This document shows, one piece after another, positions 34,275-43,044 of a DNA stretch of 64,000 nt. Source of the stretch: Candidatus Aminicenantes bacterium. GTDB lineage: Bacteria; Acidobacteriota; Aminicenantia; Aminicenantales; UBA4085. Location: positions 12,675-76,674 of the forward strand of contig CAWKFB010000017.1 of the NCBI GenBank assembly GCA_963848835.1, written 5' to 3'. The translations under genes were made by a program, and so were the position numbers. Below the pieces are notes generated by a model. The model did not search any database and was not told the origin of the DNA. It saw only the letters and a program-made list of their open reading frames with translations. The stretch's first letter is position 1. Every line of letters begins with the position of its first letter.

Positions 34275-35459
34275 TCAGTCCGCCCAGAGCGTCTTTCCCG
34301 GGTCGGGCTTGAAGACGCCGTCCCGGGCCTCCTCGATCATCTGGGCGACGAGCAGGTTCCAGCTGATGAAATCCGGCGCGGCCAGCGGCGCCCCCGTCTC
34401 GGCGTGATAGTTCTCGTGCATCATCCCGTTCCGGTCGAGGTCGTCGAGGCAGAGGCGCGTCACGCGTTCGGCGACGGCGCGGGCTTCCGCCGCGTATCCG
34501 GCGCGGAGGAGGGCGTGCATGACCATCCAGTTGGCGTGCGGCCAGATCGGGCCTTGCCAGTTGGAATAGGGCTTGAGGACGTTGGCATTGTTGTAGAGCG
34601 GCTCGTCGGCGGCGAGGGAGCGGACGCCGCGAGGCGACCACAGCCGCCGGGGCTCGAGGACGTTTCGCTCGACGACCGCCCGGACGCGCTCCGGAGAAGC
34701 CAGTCCCGCCCAGAGCGGCACCAGCCCGCTATACGCGATGCACGGGACGCGCGAGCGTTCGACGCAATCATAGCTTTGGTAAAAGCCGGCCCCGGGATCC
34801 CAGAGGGTCTCATTGACCGCGTCCGTCAGGGCCCGGGCGCGCTCACGGAAGCTCCGCGCGTCTTCGGCGCGGCCCAGGCGCGCGGCGAGAACGGCCATGG
34901 CTCGATAATCGAGGACCGTGAAGGCGTTGACGTCCGGGGCGGCCATGCTGTTGTGGTAGCGCCGGACGAGGGAGGGATTGTTGTCGGCCCCCGACTCCAT
35001 GCTGTCCCACCATTTGACGAGCCCCGTGGCCGGGTCTCCCATCTTCCGCTCCCGGTACGTGACGACGGAGACCATCGTCTCCCAGAGCGGGCCGACCCAG
35101 CCCCAATCGTCGAGCGCCCGGGAGGCGTAGTAAGCGGCCTGGCCCATGAGAGGCTTGATGTGATAGAGCCGCGCGTCGCGGCCCGACCACGGCCGGATCC
35201 CGCCCGGGGTATGGCCGTCCGGTTCCGCGTGGCGGAGAAAATTCAGGCACCAGTTCTTGAGATAGATCCCCTGCGAACGATCGGCCGAGATGAGATGCAG
35301 GCCGACGAAGAAGGCGTCCCAGTCCCAGAGCTCCTCGTAGACGCCGTTGGGGACGATGTAATCATAAGGCAAGGCGCCGTTCGCTTTGCGAATGACGCGG
35401 CGGGCGAGAGGACCGATCTTGTCCCGGGCCTGCGCGGCGAGGATGTCCAAGGGTTCCAT
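34275..35459 (-). CDS. Six-hairpin (alpha/alpha)6 glycoside hydrolase, GH63/GH37-like (MGH1-like)
   Basis: Start placed at MEPLDILAAQ (ATG 35459); the TTG at 35495 is the -35 box. Motifs are ..ELWDWDAFFVGL.., ..VKWWDSMESGADNNPS.. and ..YSNWQGPIWPHANWMVMHALLRAG. The family call is from memory. Confidence 0.65.
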   Translation of the reverse strand: MEPLDILAAQARDKIGPLARRVIRKANGALPYDYIVPNGVYEELWDWDAFFVGLHLISADRSQGIYLKNWCLNFLRHAEPDGHTPGGIRPWSGRDARLYHIKPLMGQAAYYASRALDDWGWVGPLWETMVSVVTYRERKMGDPATGLVKWWDSMESGADNNPSLVRRYHNSMAAPDVNAFTVLDYRAMAVLAARLGRAEDARSFRERARALTDAVNETLWDPGAGFYQSYDCVERSRVPCIAYSGLVPLWAGLASPERVRAVVERNVLEPRRLWSPRGVRSLAADEPLYNNANVLKPYSNWQGPIWPHANWMVMHALLRAGYAAEARAVAERVTRLCLDDLDRNGMMHENYHAETGAPLAAPDFISWNLLVAQMIEEARDGVFKPDPGKTLWAD

Positions 35460-35467
35460 GGAGGAAG

Positions 35468-35495
35468 GGTATAGCCGCGGCGCGCTCGGTGTCAA
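35468..35495 (-). promoter_or_regulatory. Candidate promoter for 34275..35459 (TTGACA-16-TATACC), leaderless geometry
   Basis: The minus strand reads TTGACAccgagcgcgccgcggcTATACC, followed by 8 nt (cttcctcc) before ATG 35459. There is no SD. Confidence 0.4.
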
Positions 35496-35557
35496 CCTTT
35501 TACCGCTAAAACCAGTATATATGAAGGATTCGGAAATTCTGAATCGAAAGAAGTGCT

Positions 35558-38230
35558 ATGCTCATATCCAAGATAGGCCGCCGGGCCGCGCTCCCGGCAC
35601 TCATGCTCCTCGCCGCCGGCTTCGCCGCGGCCCAGGACAAAGCCAAGCCCGCCCCCGAGCCGGCCAAGAAATGCTACGTCACCGCCCGCCTCGCATCCGC
35701 CCCTCCTGAGATCGACGGGAAGCTCGACGACGAAGCTTGGTCCCGGGTTCCCTGGTCGGACGGGTTCATCCAGAGCGAACCATACGAGGGACGGGAGCCG
35801 TCGGAGAAGACGGCCTTCAAGATCGCCTACGACGACAAGAACATCTACGTGGGCGTGCGGGCCTACGACTCCCAGCCGGGGAAGGTCGAGCGCCGGATGG
35901 CCCGCCGCGACCAGGCCGGCGGCGACTCGATCGACGTCGGCTTCGACAGCCTGTTCGATCATCTCACCGCCTTCATCTTCTCGGTCAACGCCGCGGGCGT
36001 CAAGGCGGACCAGCTCGTGGCGAACGACGGCCAATCGAGCGGCAACGGGGACGACATGAGCTGGGACCCGATCTGGGACGTGGCGACATCGGTCGACGCC
36101 GAAGGCTGGACGGCCGAGATGCGCATTCCCTTGTCGCAGCTCAAGTTCGCCGCCCGGGACGATCAGGTCTGGGGGCTCCAGGTCCGCCGGACCCTGTTCC
36201 GCAACAATGAATCCTCGGATTGGCAGTTCATCCCCCGGAACACGTCCGGACTCGTTCATTGCTTCGGAGAGCTGAAAGGCCTGTCGGGCCTGGCCGCTCC
36301 CCACCAGGTCGAGATCCTGCCGTATACGGTCGGAAGCCTCCAGTACGACCGGGCCGTGCCCGGGAATCCGTTCGCCACGGGGAGGGAACGGACGCTCCAG
36401 GGCGGCGTGGACGGTAAGGTGGGGATCACGAGCGACCTGACTATGAACTTCACCATCAACCCGGATTTCGGCCAGGTCGAAGCCGATCCCTCCGTGGTCA
36501 ACCTGACCGCCTTCGAGACTTTCTATGAGGAGAAGCGGCCCTTTTTCGTCGAGGGGCGCAACATCCTTCACTATCAGCTCATGGGCGGTGACGGCGACTT
36601 CTCCATGGACAATCTCTTCTATTCGAGGCGGATCGGGCGGAATCCGCACCTTACGCCGTCCGCCGACGGATACGTGGACATGCCCCAGGCGACCTCGATC
36701 CTCGGCGCCTTCAAGCTGACGGGCAAGACCCGCTCGGGGATCTCCATCGGCGTCCTCGAAAGCGTCACTTCTCGCGAGACCGCGTCGATCTTCTCCGGGG
36801 GCTTGACGTCGCAGGAGCCTGTCGAGCCCCTGACGAACTATTTCGCCCTGCGGGCCCAGAAGGATTTCAACCGCGGAGCGACGATCGTCGGCGGGATGCT
36901 GACGGCGGTCAACCGCAGCCGGGCCGACGACGGCCTCGATTTCCTCCATCGCGCCGCGTACGCCGGGGGGATCGATCTCTACCACAGCTGGAAGGACAAG
37001 AACTATTACGTCTCGCTCAAGGCCGTGGCCAGCCGCGTGGAAGGGACGCCGGCGGCCATCCTGGCGACGCAGCGCTCGTCCGCCCGCTATTTCCAGCGGC
37101 CGGACGCCGATTACCTCGAGCTCGACCCGAGCCGGACGTCGCTCAGCGGCACGGGCGGGACCCTTGAGTTCGGCAAGGCGGGCGGCGGCCAGTTGATGTA
37201 CGTGGCCGGGTTCTCCTGGCGCTCCCCCGGGCTCGAGCTCAACGACGTCGGATACCTGAGGTCTGGGGACACCTCCATGCAGTATTTCTGGGCGGGCTAC
37301 CGCATCTACGAGCCGTTCGGCCCGTTCCGCTCGGTCAGCCTGAACCTCAACCAGTGGATGGGCTGGAATTTCGGCGGGGAGAGGATCTTCGCCGGCGGGA
37401 ACGTCAACGGCAACGTCCAATTCAAGAACTACTGGAGCGCCGGCGGCGGCTACAACATCCAAGGTGAGCAGCTCGCCGCGAGCTCGCTCCGGGGCGGCCC
37501 GTCGCTCCGCCTGCCCGGCGGATATTCGGTCTGGTTCAACCTCCAGACCGACTCGAGGAAAAAGCTCCGCTTCTTCGTCTTCGGGAACGGGTTCGAGCGG
37601 CGCGGCGGGGAAGCCAGCAGCTGGAGCTGGCAGCCGGGGCTGACCATCATCCCGAGCCCCGCCCTCCAGGTCTCGATCAATCCCTCGTATTCGACGAACC
37701 GGAGCATCCTCCAGTACATCGGGACCGTCTCCATGGCCGGAGCGCCCCGCTATCTCTTCGGGACGATCGACCAGAAGACGCTCGGGTTGACCCTCCGGCT
37801 CAGCTACAGCCTGACCCCGGACCTGACCATCCAGTATTACGGCATGCCCTTTCTTTCCGCCGGCCGCTACGGCGAGTTCAAGCGCATCACCGACTCCCGG
37901 GCGAAGGTCTTCGCGTCGCGGTACCGCCTTTTCGGCGAGACGGCGTCCTATGACGCCGCGGCGAAGCGCTATTCCGTGGACGAGGACGGCGACGGGGCCG
38001 CCGACTATTCCTTCGGCAATCCCGACTTCAACTTCCGCCAGTTCCGCTCCAACCTCGTCCTGCGCTGGGAATACGTGCCCGGATCGGCCCTCTTCGTCGT
38101 CTGGTCGCAGGGCCGGACCGGATACCTTACGGACGGATCGTTCGACTTCGGGCGGGATTTCGACGGGCTCTTCGGGGTCCATCCGACGAACGTCTTCCTG
38201 ATCAAGTTCTCCTACTGCTTCCAGCTTTAA
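35558..38230 (+). CDS. CBM9/DOMON-like plus DUF5916-type large beta-barrel protein, secreted
   Basis: 890 aa with signal MLISKIGRRAALPALMLLAAGFAAAQ. The N-terminal part is PPEIDGKLDDEAWSRVPWSDGFIQSEPYEG..FKIAYDDKNIYVGVRAYD. A long beta-rich C-terminal part ends FLIKFSYCFQL. Confidence 0.7.
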   Translation: MLISKIGRRAALPALMLLAAGFAAAQDKAKPAPEPAKKCYVTARLASAPPEIDGKLDDEAWSRVPWSDGFIQSEPYEGREPSEKTAFKIAYDDKNIYVGVRAYDSQPGKVERRMARRDQAGGDSIDVGFDSLFDHLTAFIFSVNAAGVKADQLVANDGQSSGNGDDMSWDPIWDVATSVDAEGWTAEMRIPLSQLKFAARDDQVWGLQVRRTLFRNNESSDWQFIPRNTSGLVHCFGELKGLSGLAAPHQVEILPYTVGSLQYDRAVPGNPFATGRERTLQGGVDGKVGITSDLTMNFTINPDFGQVEADPSVVNLTAFETFYEEKRPFFVEGRNILHYQLMGGDGDFSMDNLFYSRRIGRNPHLTPSADGYVDMPQATSILGAFKLTGKTRSGISIGVLESVTSRETASIFSGGLTSQEPVEPLTNYFALRAQKDFNRGATIVGGMLTAVNRSRADDGLDFLHRAAYAGGIDLYHSWKDKNYYVSLKAVASRVEGTPAAILATQRSSARYFQRPDADYLELDPSRTSLSGTGGTLEFGKAGGGQLMYVAGFSWRSPGLELNDVGYLRSGDTSMQYFWAGYRIYEPFGPFRSVSLNLNQWMGWNFGGERIFAGGNVNGNVQFKNYWSAGGGYNIQGEQLAASSLRGGPSLRLPGGYSVWFNLQTDSRKKLRFFVFGNGFERRGGEASSWSWQPGLTIIPSPALQVSINPSYSTNRSILQYIGTVSMAGAPRYLFGTIDQKTLGLTLRLSYSLTPDLTIQYYGMPFLSAGRYGEFKRITDSRAKVFASRYRLFGETASYDAAAKRYSVDEDGDGAADYSFGNPDFNFRQFRSNLVLRWEYVPGSALFVVWSQGRTGYLTDGSFDFGRDFDGLFGVHPTNVFLIKFSYCFQL

Positions 38231-38236
38231 GCTCCG

Positions 38237-38368
38237 GGATCGTCCAACGCTCACGTTGGAACCCTTCTGGTTCCCCCCCGAATTAGGCGGGGCCCCCCCT
38301 CCTGATGTTCGCTTATGGACGATCCCTTCGCCGACGAGTTCTTCAGAATCGTTCAACGTGCTTATAGG
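38237..38368 (+). repeat. Family-B structured intergenic element, copy B2 (core 38237-38325, half unit 38346-38368)
   Basis: Sequence is GGATCGTCCAacgctcacgttGGAACCcttctGGTTCC..CCCCGaattaggCGGGG..cctcctgatgttcgcttaTGGACGATCC. The core is identical to B1 over ~65 nt. The outer stem is re-written on both strands. Confidence 0.8.
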
Positions 38369-38412
38369 AGGGACGTCTACCGGCAGTCCGCCCCGAGTCA
38401 ATCCTCTCCATA

Positions 38413-38441
38413 TTGACTTTGGGATTCATTTATTCGATGAT
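38413..38441 (+). promoter_or_regulatory. Candidate promoter for the small ORF/rSAM pair (TTGACT-17-GATGAT)
   Basis: Sequence is TTGACTttgggattcatttattcGATGAT in an AT-rich patch, ~37 nt upstream of ATG 38479. Confidence 0.4.
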
Positions 38442-38478
38442 GGGAAACAACGTCAAGTCATCAAGCGCGGGAGGGATC

Positions 38479-38721
38479 ATGGACAAAAAGACGATGCAAA
38501 AAGCCTCGGCCCGGAAAGCGGTCGGACGCCCCAAGGTCGTGGGGCTGCCCTTCTACTTCAAGCAGATCGAGACGTTCCTGAATGAAGCCGAGGTTCCGGT
38601 GTCGATGATGTCGGACCTGCTGAAGGCGCGAAACGCGATGGGGAAGGCCCTCTTGCTCATCTATGGCTTCGAGTCGAGCCAGGTCTGCCTGGATGACTTG
38701 CCCCTCTTCCCCCCGATCTGA
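38479..38721 (+). CDS. 80-aa hypothetical protein immediately upstream of the radical SAM/SPASM gene (candidate precursor peptide or accessory protein)
   Basis: RBS GGGAGGG lies 3 nt before ATG 38479: MDKKTMQKASARKAVGRPKVVGLPFYFKQIETFLNEAEVPVSMMSDLLKARNAMGKALLLIYGFESSQVCLDDLPLFPPI. It is on the same strand as the rSAM gene, 44 nt upstream. Coding status is unproven. Confidence 0.4.
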   Translation: MDKKTMQKASARKAVGRPKVVGLPFYFKQIETFLNEAEVPVSMMSDLLKARNAMGKALLLIYGFESSQVCLDDLPLFPPI

Positions 38722-38765
38722 TCCATCCGGACGGATGCCGACGGCCGAGGGACGCTCGTTCCTCC

Positions 38766-39950
38766 ATGGAAAAGTCCGTGTTTCCGGGCGGGTTTCGGAC
38801 CCCGGCGATGGAGTTTTCGACCTTCACGGTCATCCTGACCGATCGCTGCAATTTTCACTGCTCCTATTGTTATCAGGCCAGAAAAAACCTCGATCTCGGA
38901 ATTTCGCCGATCGCGGAAGCGCTGGACTTCCTCTTTCCCCGCTTCACCCGGGATTGCACCGTCAATTTCTACGGCGGGGAGCCGCTCCTGGCTTACGAAA
39001 CCCTGCGACGGACGGTTGTCCATCTCCAGCGGTTGAACCGCGGACGAGAGAAGAGGGTCCGTTACGCCCTCTCGACCAACGGATCTCTCCTGACCGAGGA
39101 GGCGCTGGAGTTCCTGGACGAACACTCCTTCCACCTCCTCTTGAGCTTCGATGGATGGGCCCAGGACATCGGCCGGGAGGACGGGAGCTTCGATCGGCTT
39201 GTGTCGCTCATCCCGGCGATCTTGAAACACCGGAAGATCGCCCTTGAAACGAACAGCGTCTTCACGGCGAGAACGATCCGTCATCTCGCATCCTCCGTGC
39301 GGCTTATCCTCGACCTCGGCGTCCCCAGGTTCCATGCCGGGGTTTCCATCCAGGTTCCCTGGCACCCCTCCGCCCTCGCTCGCCTGAAGCGGGAAATCGC
39401 GGCGGTTCGGGGCTGGTTCCTCGAACGATACGATCGTCTCGCTGACATCCCATGGGTCGAGATGGCGAAGACGGCGGAGAGAGGCGTCCAGAGCTGCGAC
39501 GCGGGCCGGGGGCAGCTGGCCCTGGCGGCGGACGGAAGGCTCTGGGGGTGCTTCCTCTTCCCCCATTATTTCGACGGCAGGACGAAGATCGCCGGCGGGA
39601 CAAAATACGGCTTCGGCAAGGTGGGGGCGTTTCTCCGCGACCCTGAGGCCATCTATGCCCGGGTCATGTCGGCCATCGCCGGGCTCTGGATGGCCAACGC
39701 CCGAACGCCGGAGAGACATTGCGTCATGTGCGACGAGATCGAGTCGTGCTGGGTTTGCCCCGTAGCCGCCGCGTTTTTAAGCGGGGAAATGGGAATCATC
39801 GCCTCCCGGACGTGCGGAATGGCGAAATTCATGCGCCGGGAAAAGGAGATCTTCGCCAAGGGTTTCCTGGAGAAGCGGCGGGCCGCGGGTCCGGCCGTCA
39901 CGGCCGCGGGCTTTTCCCGAGAAGGGCGATCCGTCTCTTCGCCTCGCTGA
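38766..39950 (+). CDS. Radical SAM enzyme with C-terminal SPASM domain (peptide-modifying maturase type)
   Basis: The radical SAM cluster motif is CNFHCSYC, followed by FYGGEPLL. The C-terminal seven-Cys pattern is CDAGRGQLALAADGRLWGC ... CVMCDEIESCWVCP ... RTCG (CX12GX4C, CX2CX5CX2C, C). The start could instead be MEFSTF at 38808. Confidence 0.85.
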   Translation: MEKSVFPGGFRTPAMEFSTFTVILTDRCNFHCSYCYQARKNLDLGISPIAEALDFLFPRFTRDCTVNFYGGEPLLAYETLRRTVVHLQRLNRGREKRVRYALSTNGSLLTEEALEFLDEHSFHLLLSFDGWAQDIGREDGSFDRLVSLIPAILKHRKIALETNSVFTARTIRHLASSVRLILDLGVPRFHAGVSIQVPWHPSALARLKREIAAVRGWFLERYDRLADIPWVEMAKTAERGVQSCDAGRGQLALAADGRLWGCFLFPHYFDGRTKIAGGTKYGFGKVGAFLRDPEAIYARVMSAIAGLWMANARTPERHCVMCDEIESCWVCPVAAAFLSGEMGIIASRTCGMAKFMRREKEIFAKGFLEKRRAAGPAVTAAGFSREGRSVSSPR

Positions 39951-42900
39951 CCTCCGCCCGGCCGGGATCGGCGTCTTTCCACATTTCGACGAATCTCTCG
40001 AATTGGCCCGCCGCTTCGGCCGCCGCGTTTTGTTTCTGGCGGAGGATTCCCAGCCGAAAGTAGCTCAGGGCGTAAAGATCTCCCCAGCGCAGCCGCCCGG
40101 TCGTCAGAGTCTGGATTTCTCGATAGAGGCTCGCGGCTTTCTCGAGATTCCCGGCTTGATCATAGGCGACGGCCAGGGACTCCATGAAGAAGGCCTGCTC
40201 ATCCGACCGTTCCCGCTGCTGGGGAAGAAGGGCGCACGCTTTTTCCAAATCATCGACGGCGTCCCCGGGCCGGCCTTCGGCAAGAGCGATCTTGCCCCGG
40301 AGATGATGAAAATATCTCATGTGTTTGAGGTTTCCGTATCGTTCGATCGACTGCCTGAGCTCGAGGGACACCGTCCCGGCCTCATCGGGCCGTCCGAGCC
40401 CGACCTCGGCGAGTCCGAGCAGATGCAGCGCGGGCCTGAGGTTATACGATCTCCCGGCCTTGCGGCAGGCCTCGATGATCGGACGCAGGATTTCCTCGGC
40501 CTCGGAAAAGCGGCCTTCGCGGATGAGGAGGTTCCCCAGCTCCAAAAGGAGTTCGATCTCTCCGAACTCCTGCTTCAACCGCCGGGCGTTATCGATCGCC
40601 CGCCGGATCTCGTCCCGGCCCTCTCCATATCGGCCCCGCTGGAACGCGATCCGGGCCAGTCCGATCCGGCCCCGAAAATCCCCGCTCCCCCCCTCGCGTT
40701 TCCTGAGGCGTTCGTAGGAGGTTCGGGCCGACGTCAGATCCCCCCGCAGGTGCTCGAGGATGGCTTGGAATTCGAGAGAGGCCGGATCGTCCGGATCGCG
40801 GGCGAGATCCTTCCCGATCGCTTCAGCCGCCGCGTCGTATCGGCCGAGGATGATCTCGATCAAAACCGTTTGGGTGGCGAAGAACCGCACCTCCGGGAAG
40901 ATCCCTCCGCTGGCCTGCAGGAGATCGAGCGCTTTTCCGTACCATCCCTTGGCCGTATAGACGAAGGCCAGGTTCTCGTGCGCGGCCATGCGCCTGGGGT
41001 AGAGCTTGAGGATCTTTTCGTACTGCTCGACGGCCGCATCCCATTCTTCCATGTTCCGGTAGATCGAGCCGAGAGAGGACATCCCCGACTCATCGTTGGG
41101 ATAAGAAGCCAGCAAGCTCCTGTAGCTTTCGATGGCCTTGAGGGGGGTCTCCTCCAGGAGCAAGGCGGCGAAACCCTGGATCAGATAACGGTCACGGAGG
41201 GAAACACGGTCCGATAAGGACAAGGCCTTTTGGATATTGGCCTTGGCCAAGCCGATGTTTCCCGCATACGAGTGATTGACGGCCAATTTCCAGTAAGCCA
41301 TCGCGTATTCGGGGTCCAATCCGACGGCCTTCTCCAGGGCGCGGATGCTCCCGGCGTGGTCGGCGAGGGCGAAAAGCCGTTCACCCTCCACGTAAGCGCC
41401 GAGCGCTTCGAGCGAGGGGGTCGTGATCTTGCCCAGCTCCCGGCGATATTCGCCGGCCGCATCCTCGGGGAACGTGATGAAGATGGACCGGACCTTAGAA
41501 TTCAGCTCCTGGACCATGGCCAGGAGGTCCTCGGCCTTGCCCTCGGCCTCGGCCGAGTCGGCGATCGTCGAAGAATCCGCCTTACGGATCTTGGCGCTGA
41601 TCCAGAGCTTGTCGCCCGCCCGGACGAAGCTCGGGAGGACGAAATAGTCGATGTTCTCGGACGCGCCGATTTTATCCAGCGTTCCCGATACGTGCTGGAC
41701 GGCGTCGAGCTGGCCCATCTTCGTCAGGGCTTGGAGGAGCCGGTCGAGAGGCAGAATACTGAGGTATTTGGACTGGGCCAGGCCGGTGATCATCAGGTCG
41801 GCGATCTCCCAGCGCAGATGGTCCAGGCTCCGGTCCTGGGACGCGTTGACGGAGAACAGGACGGCCACGGCGACCCGCGTATCCCCCGCGGCGGGCGGGA
41901 TCGGCTTTTTTTTCAGCCCGAGCCAGATCCCTCCGAGGGCGAGGCCGAGGATCACGACTGCGGACAGGCCGGCGCGGAAACGGCGCGCCCGGCGCGAGCG
42001 GGGCACGGCCGGTCCGCCCGGGGTCCGGGAAGCCCGCAGGTCCTCGAGCAAAGCGCCGGCGGACGGATACCGGTCTTCCATCTTTTTTTCAAGACATTTC
42101 AACACGATGCGGTCGAGCGCGGCCGGGATCCCGGAATTGACCTTCGAGGGCGGGACGGGGACCTCTGAGGCGTGCTTCTCGGCATAGCCCTCGATCGTCG
42201 ACGCCCGGAAGGGAAGCTTGCCCGTGAGCATCTCATAGAGGATGACCCCCACGGCATAGATGTCCGAGCGCTCGTCCGCCTTCCCCCCTCGCGCCTGCTC
42301 CGGGGCGAGATACTGAGGGGTCCCATAGATTTTTCCGGACTTTTCGAGAGAAGGGCCGGACAGCGTGCGGGCCAGTCCGAAGTCGGTGATATAGGCCTTG
42401 CCCGAATGGTCGACCAGGATGTTCTGCGGCTTCAGGTCCTGATGGACGATCCCTTTGGCGTGGGCGGCCGCGAGGGCCTCGCAGACCTGCTCGATGAGCC
42501 GTAACGCCGTCTCCGGGCTCAGCTGCCCCGAGGTCCGGATCAGGTCATCGAGGTTCCCCCCCTTGATGTAATCCATCGAGATGTACCGGACGGGCCCGAC
42601 TTCCCCGAGGTCGTGAGTCCGGACGACGTTCTCATGGGAGACGGACCGGGCCAGCAGGGTTTCCTTCTTGAAGTGGGCGATCATCGTCCGGCTGGACGAA
42701 TATTCCGGCCGGATCATCTTCAGGGCGACGACGGTGCCGAGCTCGACGTCCTCGGCCTTATAGACCCGGCCCATGCCGCCCCGCCCGATCTCCTCGATGA
42801 TCCGGTACCTCGGGCCGAAAGACGCCCCCGGGGCGAAATAGAGCTCCTCCTTGAGCCGCGTCTCGAGCGGACCGGGGATGGTCAGCGTCGCCGCGGCGTC

Positions 42901-42996
42901 GGAAACGGCCTGTCCGCACTTGCTGCAGTATTGGCTTTTCGAGGGGATCTCGGCCTTGCAACGCGGGCAAACGACGGTCGCGACGGTCTCCCCCAT
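39898..42996 (-). CDS. Ser/Thr protein kinase with N-terminal zinc ribbon, TM segment, extracytoplasmic domain and TPR repeats
   Basis: 1032 aa. The zinc ribbon is CPRCKAEIPSKSQYCSKCG. Hanks kinase motifs are GRGGMGRVYKA, VALKMI, HQDLKPQNIL, DFGLAR and GTPQYLAPE. The TM segment is LSAVVILGLALGGIWLGL. A long TPR region follows (..AMAYWKLAVNHSYAGNIGLAKANIQKAL..). Confidence 0.9.
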   Translation of the reverse strand: MGETVATVVCPRCKAEIPSKSQYCSKCGQAVSDAAATLTIPGPLETRLKEELYFAPGASFGPRYRIIEEIGRGGMGRVYKAEDVELGTVVALKMIRPEYSSSRTMIAHFKKETLLARSVSHENVVRTHDLGEVGPVRYISMDYIKGGNLDDLIRTSGQLSPETALRLIEQVCEALAAAHAKGIVHQDLKPQNILVDHSGKAYITDFGLARTLSGPSLEKSGKIYGTPQYLAPEQARGGKADERSDIYAVGVILYEMLTGKLPFRASTIEGYAEKHASEVPVPPSKVNSGIPAALDRIVLKCLEKKMEDRYPSAGALLEDLRASRTPGGPAVPRSRRARRFRAGLSAVVILGLALGGIWLGLKKKPIPPAAGDTRVAVAVLFSVNASQDRSLDHLRWEIADLMITGLAQSKYLSILPLDRLLQALTKMGQLDAVQHVSGTLDKIGASENIDYFVLPSFVRAGDKLWISAKIRKADSSTIADSAEAEGKAEDLLAMVQELNSKVRSIFITFPEDAAGEYRRELGKITTPSLEALGAYVEGERLFALADHAGSIRALEKAVGLDPEYAMAYWKLAVNHSYAGNIGLAKANIQKALSLSDRVSLRDRYLIQGFAALLLEETPLKAIESYRSLLASYPNDESGMSSLGSIYRNMEEWDAAVEQYEKILKLYPRRMAAHENLAFVYTAKGWYGKALDLLQASGGIFPEVRFFATQTVLIEIILGRYDAAAEAIGKDLARDPDDPASLEFQAILEHLRGDLTSARTSYERLRKREGGSGDFRGRIGLARIAFQRGRYGEGRDEIRRAIDNARRLKQEFGEIELLLELGNLLIREGRFSEAEEILRPIIEACRKAGRSYNLRPALHLLGLAEVGLGRPDEAGTVSLELRQSIERYGNLKHMRYFHHLRGKIALAEGRPGDAVDDLEKACALLPQQRERSDEQAFFMESLAVAYDQAGNLEKAASLYREIQTLTTGRLRWGDLYALSYFRLGILRQKQNAAAEAAGQFERFVEMWKDADPGRAEVSEAKRRIALLGKSPRP

Positions 42997-43005
42997 GGCG
43001 ATGCC

Positions 43006-43034
43006 ATCATAGCGAGGGCGGAGAGGGCTGTCAA
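43006..43034 (-). promoter_or_regulatory. Near-consensus promoter for the kinase (TTGACA-17-TATGAT), leaderless geometry
   Basis: The minus strand reads TTGACAgccctctccgccctcgcTATGAT, followed by 9 nt (ggcatcgcc) before ATG 42996. There is no SD. Confidence 0.5.
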
Positions 43035-43044
43035 CGAACCAAGG

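Noticed and set aside
38413-38478. The longer 102-aa version of the small ORF, starting at 38413 (MTLGFIYSMMGNNVKSSSAGGI..).
   Set aside because: Position 38413 is the first base of the predicted -35 box (TTGACT), and the stretch has no RBS. ATG 38479 has GGGAGGG just upstream.
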